DNA from: an uncultured Clostridia bacterium
GTDB lineage: Bacteria; Bacillota; Clostridia; TANB77; CAG-508
Length of the DNA stretch: 64,000 nucleotides
Assembly (NCBI GenBank): GCA_963558395.1
Contig: CAUWGE010000004.1
Location: 3,446-67,445, forward strand
Direction of reading: 5' to 3'
A program made the translations under genes and the position numbers. Shown one piece after another: positions 19,638-30,317 of this stretch; the stretch's first letter is position 1; each line of letters opens with the position of its first letter. The notes beneath the pieces were generated by a model. The model was not told the DNA's origin, ran no database searches, and saw only the letters and a list, made by a program, of their open reading frames with translations.

Positions 19638-21561
19638 TTATCTACCGCCTCCGCCGTCCACCGGCCTCCGGCCTCCGCCGCCTCCGCCGGAGAATCCTCC
19701 ACCTCCGCCAGAACCTGACGAGAATGAAGAAGACATGGCATTACTTACCGAATTAAAACTTCTTGAGAAGTCCATATTCATTGCTATATATAAGTTTGGA
19801 TATATTGAATAATCCATCTCTCTATACTCTGGATATACTGTTTTTAATTGTTCTATAACTTTTTCTGAAATTCCAAAAACAGTAGCATATACTAAAAAGC
19901 TTTCCCATATTTTTAAATCCGGTACCTCTTTCTCTTTAAGAAGAGAAAAGTCTTTCATATATCTTTCTAAAGCTTCCCATTTATCTTGTTCGTCAATACC
20001 TTTTTGAGTATAAACATCTATTTTATTTGAAGCTATATTTGATAATATAAAATCAACTATAATAAGTATAATTAATATAAGTATTACATACCACGGTATT
20101 CCTATTGATTTAATACTAGATGTTATTAAATCACTGCTACCTAAAAATATCATTACAAAAGAAATTATAACTGCTCCGAAGTGAGCACCCTGCACTGTGC
20201 TTATTTTTAGCCTCTATCCCTACTATATCAAGTATATCGTTTTCTTTCAAAAATTGTTTTATATATATATCCAATTTTCTTTTTAAAGAAATTACTTTTG
20301 TACTATTATTGTTAATATATTTTTTAAGTTTGCTCATAGTTATTTGTTTTGATGCATTATCTTCACTTTTTTCACAAGCATCTTTTATAAAATTAAAAAT
20401 AAGAATTTCATCTTTTTTAGTTGTTATACTCTCTATATCCTCTACTAAAATTTCTATTTTCTGATCTTCTTTGCCTTTTTCGTTTGTTATCTTTTCTATT
20501 GAAACTGCCTTTTTTAAAACTAAATTTAATATTGTAGCAGAAAATATTTTTCCAAAAAAGTTAGGATGAATGTCTGAAAACATTTCATACCTTAAATATA
20601 ATGCTTCTAAAGGTGTTGCATCTTTTCTAGGTAACTCTCTAAAATAATCATAGTGAACTGTTGGTTTTAATGGTTTTCTTGTTCTTATTATCTTTATATT
20701 TCTTATAAAGAAATATATAAATACACCAAATACACCTATGCAGATTAGTGCTACTAATACGATTTTTCCGATTCTTTTTGAGTTTGCCTCATTTGCCCAT
20801 TTTGATTCTTCTTCTATTATTGAATTTAACTTATCTTTATTATATTCTCTGCCAGATAATAATATCATGTCTGTTGGCATTGCAATTCTTACTTCTACCA
20901 TTTTTCTTTTTTTGTTGTTATTTACTTCAAATCTAATGGTTTCATTATTTACAAAATTTATAGTTCCATTTAAGTCTGGAGTATGTCCCCATATTTTTAC
21001 TTCTTCTTTTGACTCTGCCGCTTCTGGTAACTTAATCTGTCCTGTTATTCTTTTAGCTTCAATTTCAAAGTCACTTCCAACAAACTGCCAGTATAGCTCT
21101 GCAATGTCATTATACTTTGTTATAGCATCTATTACATGATAACTTATTTTATATTTTACATTTCCTTTACTATATTCATAACCTGTTCCCCAGGCAACTT
21201 CATATTCATTTCCTCTGTTTAAAAAATAATATTCTCCTGTTGGAACATGGTAATAATACTGATTTGCGTCAATAAATGGTTCTTCTTTCCCTTCTTTACT
21301 TATAACACTTACTTTTAAATCTTTTATGCTATTGAATTTTGTTTTATCAATTTTAAATGTCTTAAAAAGTGTATTTGTATATTCTAAATTTAAATCCCAA
21401 GTTTCTATAACATCCATAGAACCATCTGAATTTATTTTTACATTAAAATCTAAATTATTTAAGTATTGATACTGGTCAGTATCTGCTTTTATTATAGAAA
21501 TTGTAGATAAAAAAATGAAAAATACTAAAATAGAAATTGTTATTCTTTTTAATTGTTTCAT
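19638..21561 (-). pseudogene. DUF2207-family membrane protein with Gly-rich tail, split by a frame break (window 20137..20210, probably at 20175..20179)
   Basis: ORFs 20137..21576 and 19638..20195 overlap in different frames. Together they give signal peptide, DUF2207-like ectodomain, TMs and a C-terminal GGGGGFSGGGGGG tail. The likely start is ATG 21561, after an SD. Confidence 0.7.
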
Positions 21562-21601
21562 AAAATATCCCCTCATAATATCTTTATAAAAAAATATTAT
21601 T

Positions 21602-22237
21602 TTAAAAATTTAAAATTTGGTTTCTTATTTTTGGCTTTTCTTTACTCGCCATTATTTGTTCTTCTTGTAATTCAGTTTGCACTAACTTATTTTCTTTTTT
21701 CATATCTAATTTATTATTTATGTATATTCCTTCTGTATAAAGATAAGTTTTAGGCATTGGTTCTTTTGAATAGTATCTAATAAAATTTTGATTACTCTTG
21801 CTTAAGCTTTCTATTGGTGTTTTTAAATATTTGTATTCCCAATATACATGCCTTTGTTCATCTGTATAAACAGAATGTAATATATCTTCAAAATTATATT
21901 CTATTGAAAACAAACAATTTTCTATACTTATTGTAACATTGGTCCATTTGTTTATAGCTAATTCATTTAATCTTCGTATTTTTTCATATAATTTACTTAA
22001 CTCAATACTATATTGTTCTTCATTTATTCCGAATTTTTGTGCTACTTCATAACAGTTTATTGGTTTTGGCTTTAATATAGTTTTTTTGGGGAAATAGTAA
22101 AAAAACATTTCTCCTCTTCCCCCAAGAACTGATGCATATAAATATAATTTTTCCCATTTTTCTGGTATTAGTCTAAATAGTGCTACTTGAATTTCTTTAT
22201 ATATTTTTTCAACTTCTTGCTTTGGCAAAATATTCAC
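21602..22237 (-). CDS. YezG/DUF600-like immunity-type domain protein with C-terminal extension
   Basis: IYKEIQVALFRLIPEKWEKLYLYASVLGGRGEMFFYYFPK...WTNVTISIENCLFSIEYNFEDI matches my recollection of the DUF600 pattern (WEK..Y..A......E..FYY). Confidence 0.45.
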   Translation of the reverse strand: MNILPKQEVEKIYKEIQVALFRLIPEKWEKLYLYASVLGGRGEMFFYYFPKKTILKPKPINCYEVAQKFGINEEQYSIELSKLYEKIRRLNELAINKWTNVTISIENCLFSIEYNFEDILHSVYTDEQRHVYWEYKYLKTPIESLSKSNQNFIRYYSKEPMPKTYLYTEGIYINNKLDMKKENKLVQTELQEEQIMASKEKPKIRNQILNF

Positions 22238-22242
22238 CTCGC

Positions 22243-23775
22243 TTATTTTACAATTAAACTTTCTCCTGTCATTTCTTCTGGTTTTGCTAAATTCATTATA
22301 TCTAGCATTGTTGGTGCTAAATCTGCTAATTTACCATCTTTCAATTTTACATCATCCATACCAACTAATACTAATGGTACTGGATTTGTTGTATGAGAAG
22401 TAAATGGTTCCCCTGTTTTGTAGTCTATCATTTGCTCACAGTTTCCATGATCTGCGGTAATTAAGGCTACTCCTTCTACTTCATTTATAGCTTCTATTAC
22501 TTTGCCCACACATTCATCTATTGTCTCTACTGCTTTTATTGCTGCATCTAAGTTTCCAGTATGTCCTACCATATCTGGATTTGCAAAGTTTAATATTATG
22601 CTATCATATTTTTTAGAATTAATTGCATCTACTACTTTAGTTGTTACTTCATGTGCACTCATCTCTGGTTTTAAATCATATGTTTCTACTTTAGGAGATG
22701 GAACTAATATTCTATCTTCTCCTTTGTACTGTTTTTCTTCTCCACCATTAAAGAAAAATGTAACATGTGCATATTTTTCAGTTTCTGCTATACGAAGTTG
22801 TGTTAAACCATTTTTGCTTATATATTCTCCAAAAGTATTTTTTAGTGGTTCTTTTTTGAATGCAATTTCTACATTTTCTAATGTATCATCATATGGAGTC
22901 ATACAAACTACACATAAGTCTAAATCTTTTCTAGTTTCAAATTCTTTAAATTCTTTATCCACAAAAGTTCTTGTAATTTCTCTTGCTCTATCTGGTCTAT
23001 AATTAAAGAAAATTACTGAATCATGTGGTTCTACTTTTGCAATTGGAGTTTCTCCATTACAAATTACTATTGGCTCTATAAATTCATCAAATGTCTCTGT
23101 TTGATATGAAGCTTCTATTGCCTGAACTGCTGAAGTTGCCTTTACTCCTTCACCATTTACGATGGCATTATATGCTTTCTCAATTCTTTGCCATCTCTTA
23201 TCTCTATCCATACTGTAAAATCTTCCAGATAAAGTTGCTATTTTTCCAACACCTTTTTCCTTCATCTTCTCTTCTAATTTTACAATGTACCCCTCTCCTG
23301 AGGCAGGTGCCGTATCTCTTCCATCCATAAAACAATGAACATAGACATTTTCAAAGTCTTTTCTTTTTGCAAGCTCTAATAATGCATATAGATGTCTTTC
23401 ATGGCTGTGTACTCCTCCATCAGAAACTAATCCCATTATATGCAATTTTGAATTATATTTCTTGCAATTTTCTATTGCTATGTTAAACTCTTTGTTTGAA
23501 AAAAAGTCCCCATCTTCTATTGACTTCGTTATTTTTGTTAACTCTTGATATACAATTCTTCCTGCACCAATATTTGTATGTCCTACTTCTGAATTTCCCA
23601 TTTGTCCTTCTGGAAGTCCAACTTTTAATCCACTTGTATATATAGTAGATGTTGGACATGTTTTCATTAGTTTATCTATATTAGGTGTTTTAGATAGTTT
23701 CACTGCATTTCCTTGTTCATTTTCGTTAATTCCAAATCCATCTAATATCATTAACATCATTAATTTTTTGTCCAT
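22243..23775 (-). CDS. gpmI: 2,3-bisphosphoglycerate-independent phosphoglycerate mutase
   Basis: MLMILDGFG and GNSEVGHTNIGAGR motifs. The start is probably M18 of the track ORF (23775); the track start is 23826. Confidence 0.9.
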   Translation of the reverse strand: MDKKLMMLMILDGFGINENEQGNAVKLSKTPNIDKLMKTCPTSTIYTSGLKVGLPEGQMGNSEVGHTNIGAGRIVYQELTKITKSIEDGDFFSNKEFNIAIENCKKYNSKLHIMGLVSDGGVHSHERHLYALLELAKRKDFENVYVHCFMDGRDTAPASGEGYIVKLEEKMKEKGVGKIATLSGRFYSMDRDKRWQRIEKAYNAIVNGEGVKATSAVQAIEASYQTETFDEFIEPIVICNGETPIAKVEPHDSVIFFNYRPDRAREITRTFVDKEFKEFETRKDLDLCVVCMTPYDDTLENVEIAFKKEPLKNTFGEYISKNGLTQLRIAETEKYAHVTFFFNGGEEKQYKGEDRILVPSPKVETYDLKPEMSAHEVTTKVVDAINSKKYDSIILNFANPDMVGHTGNLDAAIKAVETIDECVGKVIEAINEVEGVALITADHGNCEQMIDYKTGEPFTSHTTNPVPLVLVGMDDVKLKDGKLADLAPTMLDIMNLAKPEEMTGESLIVK

Positions 23776-23832
23776 TCCATAGTTTATGTTAAATAAATTA
23801 ACATATCCTCCTCTCTTTTTCATCATCTATTA

Positions 23833-24585
23833 TTATTTATCATAATTAACTATTTTTTCAAACACTTCTGGTTTTAAACTTGCTCCTCCAACTAATCCTC
23901 CATCTATATCTGACATTGAGAATAGTTCTTTTGCATTTTCTGGTTTTACACTTCCACCATAAAGTATAGGCATTTCATTTGAAATCTCTTTTCCATAAAG
24001 ACTTTCTATTTTTTCTCTTATTTCTTTTACACTTTTATTTGCATCTTCTGCTGTTGCAGTTTTTCCTGTACCAATTGCCCAAATAGGTTCATATGCAATA
24101 ATTGTATTTAATAATTCTTCTTTGTTTAGTCCTTTTAAAGCTTCTTCTACTTGTTTTGTAATTACTTCTTTAGCATTTCCTTCTTCTCGTTCTTCCAAAG
24201 TTTCGCCTACACAAACTATTGGTTTTAGCCCTTCTTTTAATGAAGCTTTTAATTTTAAATTTACTATTTCATCAGTTTCCCCAAAATATTGTCTTCTTTC
24301 TGAATGCCCTATTATAACATACTCAGCATTAATGCTTTTTAACATCTTTGGTGAAACTTCTCCTGTATAGGCACCGAAGTCTTTATAATATACATTTTGT
24401 GCACCTATGTGGATATTAGTTTCTTGTGAAGTTAGAATTGTATAAAACAAATCAATATATGGAACACATAAAACGACCTCATTTTTAGATTCCTTTACTA
24501 GTGGGCCTAATTTTGTAATAAATTCTATTGCTTCATTTGGAAGCATATTCATTTTCCAGTTTCCTGCAATTATTTTTTTTCTCAT
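23833..24585 (-). CDS. tpiA: triose-phosphate isomerase
   Basis: AGNWKMN, IGHSERR and AYEPIWAIGTG motifs. Confidence 0.95.
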   Translation of the reverse strand: MRKKIIAGNWKMNMLPNEAIEFITKLGPLVKESKNEVVLCVPYIDLFYTILTSQETNIHIGAQNVYYKDFGAYTGEVSPKMLKSINAEYVIIGHSERRQYFGETDEIVNLKLKASLKEGLKPIVCVGETLEEREEGNAKEVITKQVEEALKGLNKEELLNTIIAYEPIWAIGTGKTATAEDANKSVKEIREKIESLYGKEISNEMPILYGGSVKPENAKELFSMSDIDGGLVGGASLKPEVFEKIVNYDK

Positions 24586-24658
24586 AATTTACCTTTCTAA
24601 TTAATTCATTAATACTAATGCCAAAATATTCATATTTTAGCATTAGTATTTGATTAAC

Positions 24659-25846
24659 TTATTTATTTTCTATACATTCTATTCCTGGTAAAGTTTTTCC
24701 TTCGATAAATTCAAGTGAAGCTCCTCCACCTGTTGAAATATGCGACATTTTATCAGATAGTCCAAACTTAGTTACTGCTGCTGCTGAGTCTCCTCCTCCA
24801 ATTATTGTTGTACAATCTTTCAAAGAAGCTAAACAATTTGCAATAGCTTTTGTTCCATCTGCAAAAATATCAAATTCTGATACTCCAACTGGTCCATTCC
24901 AAAGAACTGTTTTTGCACTTTGTAACTCTTCTACATAAATTTTTATAGTTTCAGGACCTATATCAAAACCTTCCCAACCATCTGGCATTTCTGTATATTT
25001 AGAAAATCTTGTTTCTGTATCTGGAGCAAAGTCTTTACCTAATTTATTATCTACTGGTAATAAAAATTTTACACCCTTTTCTTTAGCTTTTTCCATTAAA
25101 CTTCTTGCTAAGTCTAATTTATCTAGCTCACAAATTGAGTTTCCAACATTATATCCTTGTGCTTTGAAGAATGTATATGCCATTCCTCCACCAATTAAAA
25201 TAGTGTCTGCTTTTTCTAATAAGTTGTCTATTACTCCAATTTTATCTGATACTTTTTTACCACCTAATATTGCTACAAATGGTCTTTCTGGATTATTTAA
25301 TGCATCACCTAAAACTTTTAATTCTTTTTCAATCAAGAAACCACAAGCAGATGGTAAATATTTAGCAACACCCGCTGTTGATGAATGTGCTCTATGACAA
25401 GTTCCAAAAGCATCATTTACATATATTTCAGCTAATGAAGCAAGTTCTTTGCTTAAGCTATCATCATTTTTTTCTTCTCTTGGGTCGAATCTAACATTTT
25501 CAAGAAGTACTATTTCTCCTTCTTTCATGTTTTCTGTTAGCTCTTTTGCAGAGTCTTTTGTAACATCTTCTGCAAGCTTAACTTCTTTTCCAAGTTCATT
25601 AGCAAGCTCTTCTGCTACTGGCTTTAATGAAAACTCTGGTTTTACTTCTCCTTTTGGTCTTCCCAAATGAGAACATAAAATTAGTTTTGCACCATTTTCT
25701 AATAAATAATTTATTGTTGGTAAAGCTGCTACGATTCTAGTTTTATCTGTTATATTTAAATTTTCATCTAATGGAACATTGAAATCACATCTTAGTAAAA
25801 CTTTTTTTCCAGCCACATCAATATCTTTTACTGTCTTTTTATTCAT
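24659..25846 (-). CDS. pgk: phosphoglycerate kinase
   Basis: [15 protein letters not shown] and [10 protein letters not shown] motifs. Confidence 0.95.
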   Translation of the reverse strand: MNKKTVKDIDVAGKKVLLRCDFNVPLDENLNITDKTRIVAALPTINYLLENGAKLILCSHLGRPKGEVKPEFSLKPVAEELANELGKEVKLAEDVTKDSAKELTENMKEGEIVLLENVRFDPREEKNDDSLSKELASLAEIYVNDAFGTCHRAHSSTAGVAKYLPSACGFLIEKELKVLGDALNNPERPFVAILGGKKVSDKIGVIDNLLEKADTILIGGGMAYTFFKAQGYNVGNSICELDKLDLARSLMEKAKEKGVKFLLPVDNKLGKDFAPDTETRFSKYTEMPDGWEGFDIGPETIKIYVEELQSAKTVLWNGPVGVSEFDIFADGTKAIANCLASLKDCTTIIGGGDSAAAVTKFGLSDKMSHISTGGGASLEFIEGKTLPGIECIENK

Positions 25847-25876
25847 GTTTTGTCTCCCTTCTAATTTTCTCTTTAA

Positions 25877-26952
<1,076 letters not shown>

Positions 26953-26994
26953 TGTTCTTAATGTATTATTTTCAATATTTACCCATTTATTCAA

Positions 26995-27246
26995 TTATAA
27001 AGAAACTTTAACATCTTGTTCTTGATTCTCGTTATCAAATCTTAAACTATATGGTCTTAAATGGAATCCATTATCAAAATAAATTTCTTGTGTCCAAAAA
27101 TCACGTACTTCTTTAAATACTCTTTGTTGTTTTGGAGTTATTTCAACAACTATGTCTTGAAATAAGAAATTTTTAAAACTTGTCCATGCACTTACTTTTG
27201 CAGGAACTTGTGTATAAACAGAAGACTTGTTTTCATTATTTTCCAT
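26995..27246 (-). CDS. hypothetical protein (83 aa)
   Basis: ORF with an SD (AAAGGAGGAGATAC) upstream of ATG 27246. No recognisable motif. Confidence 0.45.
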   Translation of the reverse strand: MENNENKSSVYTQVPAKVSAWTSFKNFLFQDIVVEITPKQQRVFKEVRDFWTQEIYFDNGFHLRPYSLRFDNENQEQDVKVSL

Positions 27247-27456
27247 TTGTATCTCCTCCTTTGTTACCCATTTTTATATATTCTTACTATACTACAACAA
27301 TTCTATTTTGGCAAGTATATTTTTAATCTTTTATATTACATTTGTGTTACAAGTAAATATTGCTTTATAAAAGTATATGACTTTCCAATTCCTTTCTGGT
27401 TTTGATAAATCCATGAAAAAAATTGCAGCAAATTTAAAATCACATTATTTTTTCAA

Positions 27457-27498
27457 AAAACCGTATAAGTATTAAAATTATAATACTTATACGGTTTT
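27457..27498 (-). terminator. intrinsic terminator downstream of tRNA-Trp
   Basis: An 18-bp stem AAAACCGTATAAGTATTA / TAATACTTATACGGTTTT followed by T-rich sequence on the - strand. Confidence 0.65.
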
Positions 27499-27504
27499 AT
27501 ATTT

Positions 27505-27579
27505 TGGCAGGGGTAGAAGGATTTGAACCCTCACGCACGGTTTTGGAGACCGGAATGCTACCATTAACATCATACCCCT
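27505..27579 (-). tRNA. trnW: tRNA-Trp (anticodon CCA), 3' CCA encoded
   Basis: Reverse complement: AGGGGTATGATGTTAATGGTAGCATTCCGGTCTCCAAAACCGTGCGTGAGGGTTCAAATCCTTCTACCCCTGCCA. Acceptor stem AGGGGTA/TACCCCT, anticodon loop CTCCAAA, T-arm GGTTCAAATCC. Confidence 0.85.
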
Positions 27580-27683
27580 ATCAGTAACATATATAATAAT
27601 AGCACAATTCTTTTTTTTTATCAAGTAGAATTTTAATATTTTTATATTATATTTTACTTTTCATTCCGGTTTTTATTTACTGG

Positions 27684-28500
27684 TGTTTTGTAGGAACCAA
27701 AACAGTTCCTACAAAACATCTATTCTTCTAATGTACATACTACATCAAATATTCTATTTTTTGATGTACACTTTTCTCTTTATCAGGGCTCAGATCTACT
27801 TTATATAAAGTGTGGGACGAAATGCACCGGAGTCGTTGCCGTTGTCCGGAGAGAGGACGTTACGATAAGAAACTGGATAACCGCGGTAATAGTAGCCTCC
27901 GCGCTCCACACGATCGCCACTGTTATTGGCTTCCATTGTCCATTCCCAACAGTTTCCTGCTAGGTCATAGATGTTTTTTGATACATCTTTTTCGACTGCT
28001 CCTGTTAATTCTGGTTTATCTTTTCTTGGTGTGGTTCTCTGGCTATCTCCTATATACCTACACATTGCATCCCATTGACTTCCATAGCATAATGTACTTG
28101 TTACACTTGTATATTTCTCTTGAACTGCAAAATTCTTTGCTAAATACACTGCTCCACTTTTCCCTTCTATTTCACTTGCATCATTCATTGCTTTTCCCCA
28201 TGGTACATAATTATATGGTGCTACTCCTCTTTTTACTACTACTTTTTGTGCTGGTGTAACTTTTGTTCTTGGAGTGGTACTATCTACTCCTGCTTCAAAA
28301 CGTCCTATATAAAATCCTCCATATTTTAATACCTGTGTTTTCATGGTATCATATTCTTCAGCCTCTTTTGGATATCCGTTAGCATATGGTTCTGTATAAT
28401 CTACTGATAAGCCAGTCGTTGGCTTTCCTGTACTTGTGTTAAACGCTGTTCTTTTTAAATCTGCTTCACTTGCAACTGGTATCCACACAAATTGATTTCC
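27684..28500. repeat. 817-bp direct repeat, copy 1 (3' two-thirds of DGR target gene, VR, and 125-nt downstream flank)
   Basis: Reads identical to 43561..44377 (offset 15877). The track gives identical 149-aa antisense ORFs (27810..28259 and 43687..44136) and identical C-terminal protein sequence from GNQFVWIPVASE to the stop. Confidence 0.85.
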
Positions 28501-28911
28501 CATATTGACTCCAGAACTTTCTAGTGTATCTCCTTCTTTATCTGATATAACGATTCCTGTATCGATATTTCCTCCTACATAATAAAATCCTTTTGGTAAT
28601 GGCACTGATTTTCCTTTTCCATTGTCAATTACGTCTACTTTATCTTTATCCCATCCAGCTGGCATTTTGGTTCCTTCATTTTCTCCTAATCCATCTATAA
28701 AATTTGCTACCTCCTGCATTTCTACTTGTTCATTTTTCTCTGCATTTTTCCATATATCTGTTGCATTTTGTGCTCTTTTAAATATTCCGTTATTCCCTAT
28801 ACTTAGGCTAATAGCTACTCCTGCTAGTATTAATAATACTATTATTGTTACTACTAATGCTACTAATGTTATTCCTGTTTCTCCTTTTTTCATTCTTCCT
28901 TTTACTTTCAT
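27796..28911 (-). CDS. DGR variable protein 1: pilin-like N-terminal hydrophobic segment plus FGE-sulfatase/C-type-lectin-like C-terminal domain carrying VR1
   Basis: N-terminus KKGETGITLVALVVTIIVLLILAGVAISL. C-terminus GNCWEWTMEANNSGDRVERGG...GAFRPTLYIK. The last ~124 nt match the TR with A-specific differences. Confidence 0.85.
   Translation of the reverse strand: MKVKGRMKKGETGITLVALVVTIIVLLILAGVAISLSIGNNGIFKRAQNATDIWKNAEKNEQVEMQEVANFIDGLGENEGTKMPAGWDKDKVDVIDNGKGKSVPLPKGFYYVGGNIDTGIVISDKEGDTLESSGVNMGNQFVWIPVASEADLKRTAFNTSTGKPTTGLSVDYTEPYANGYPKEAEEYDTMKTQVLKYGGFYIGRFEAGVDSTTPRTKVTPAQKVVVKRGVAPYNYVPWGKAMNDASEIEGKSGAVYLAKNFAVQEKYTSVTSTLCYGSQWDAMCRYIGDSQRTTPRKDKPELTGAVEKDVSKNIYDLAGNCWEWTMEANNSGDRVERGGYYYRGYPVSYRNVLSPDNGNDSGAFRPTLYIK
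27809..27932 (-). repeat. DGR variable repeat VR1
   Basis: Gap-free alignment to TR 40662..40785. By hand count, 21 of 22 mismatches are at TR coding-strand adenines. Confidence 0.85.
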
Positions 28912-29134
28912 TAGTCCTTTTTCCCTTTCTTTTGTATTTTGCTTCTTTTTATAGTTATGTTCATTTTTATATAACTATTTGTTCTATTTTTTATTTTAGC
29001 ATACTCATTTTAATTTTGCTTTTTATCTTCCTTAATTTCAAGTTTCTCATCAAAAAAACCATGCATTTTAGATACGTCTAAAATACATAGCTTCTTTGCT
29101 ATATTTACATAAATCTATTTTATTAAAACTTACG

Positions 29135-29155
29135 ATATATATATATATATATATA
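29135..29155. repeat. (AT)10 dinucleotide microsatellite
   Basis: A 21-nt perfect AT run read directly, about 225 nt upstream of the start of DGR target 1. Confidence 0.9.
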
Positions 29156-29299
29156 CAGCCTCAGGGCTTTCAGCGTTTTTTATCATGTTTTTCTCCTTTG
29201 TTTTACAGCTATATGTTATACATCTTCTTCAAATTTGTCAATTATTTTACAGTATTTGAATTTTAATATTTTTGTGCTAAATTTGCTAATTATAAAATA

Positions 29300-30019
29300 T
29301 TATTTCTTTATTGCTGTCTCTAGTGCAATTTCTATCATTGTATTTAATGAAGTTTCTCTTTCTTCTGCTGAAATTTCTTGCTTTTTGTAATGAGAATCAA
29401 CTACTGTAAGTAAGCATGCCGCTTTTTTATTTAAGTATTTAGCTGTATAAAATAACGCAAACGATTCCATTTCCGCACCAATTATATTTAATTCTTTAGG
29501 AAATCTTGAAATTAACTCATCTAAGTTTTTAACATAATAATCAAAAACTTCACTGCATAATACATTTCCTTTTATTAAATTAATGTTTTTTTCTTTAGCA
29601 GTAAGTTCTAGATTATTTGTAAGTAGACTATCACCTTCAACTAAGTGGCATTCTTTTCCTTCTAATGCATATGCAAAGTTTCCTTCAGTATAACTATTTT
29701 CTACTAATATAGTATCAAAAATATTTAAGCTTTCACTATAAGCTCCACAAGAACCTAATCTTATTATAGATTTTACATCGTAAAATTTATATAATTCATA
29801 TGCATAAATTCCCATACTTGGCATTCCCATACCAGAAGCAAAAACCGTTATTTTTCTTCCTTTATAAAATCCTGTATATCCATACATATTTCTTACTGTA
29901 TTTACTAATTTACTATTTTCCAAAAAGTTTTCAGCTATATATTTTGCCCTAAGAGGATCTCCCGGCATTAATACAATATCTGCAATATCCTCTTTTTTAG
30001 CTTCATTATGTGGTGTCAT
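29300..30019 (-). CDS. deoD: purine nucleoside phosphorylase, DeoD-type
   Basis: MTPHNEAKKEDIADIVLMPGDPLRAKYIAE...GMGMPSMGIY. The start is at M6 of the track ORF, after the SD GAGGAGGG. Confidence 0.85.
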   Translation of the reverse strand: MTPHNEAKKEDIADIVLMPGDPLRAKYIAENFLENSKLVNTVRNMYGYTGFYKGRKITVFASGMGMPSMGIYAYELYKFYDVKSIIRLGSCGAYSESLNIFDTILVENSYTEGNFAYALEGKECHLVEGDSLLTNNLELTAKEKNINLIKGNVLCSEVFDYYVKNLDELISRFPKELNIIGAEMESFALFYTAKYLNKKAACLLTVVDSHYKKQEISAEERETSLNTMIEIALETAIKK

Positions 30020-30099
30020 ATTATCCCTCCTCATCTTTTTTAGTATTATAATATAGCTAATTTAAAATAGCAAGTTTTAATTTTGCTATTTTATAAACG

Positions 30100-30300
30100 A
30101 GTAAGTCAAATTCAAAACACTTTCTCTTATTGCTCTTCTTGTACAATAATCTTTTCCGTATCTATTATATATGCTACAAATTGCAATCATATCATCTTTT
30201 AATCCACTTTGTTTCTAAAATGTATTGTTATGACATATTGGACAATATAACAACCCTGCCACTAGATGTTCTGTATTTTTTTGCTTCCCTAACCAATACA
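30100..30300 (-). pseudogene. relic of a large serine recombinase (zinc-ribbon region only, with an in-frame stop)
   Basis: Hand translation: VYWLGKQKNTEHLVAGLLYCPICHNNTF*KQSGLKDDMIAICSIYNRYGKDYCTRRAIRESVLNLTYSFIK*. This resembles the GLLxCxxCG...YxCxxYxxxGxxxCxxxxIxExxL recombinase zinc beta-ribbon. Confidence 0.35.
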
Positions 30301-30317
30301 CATTAAACAAAATATTG

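Noticed and set aside
19641-19710. GC-rich tandem ccgcct/ccgccg repeats, a possible repeat array or foreign insert
   Set aside because: In frame on the - strand they encode the Gly-rich C-terminal tail (GGGGGFSGGGGGGRRPVDGGGGR) typical of DUF2207 proteins.
27810-28259. Identical 149-aa + strand ORFs at 27810..28259 and 43687..44136, which might look like a duplicated gene
   Set aside because: They are antisense to the DGR target genes and identical only because they lie in the 817-bp repeat. They are useful as proof of identity, not as genes.
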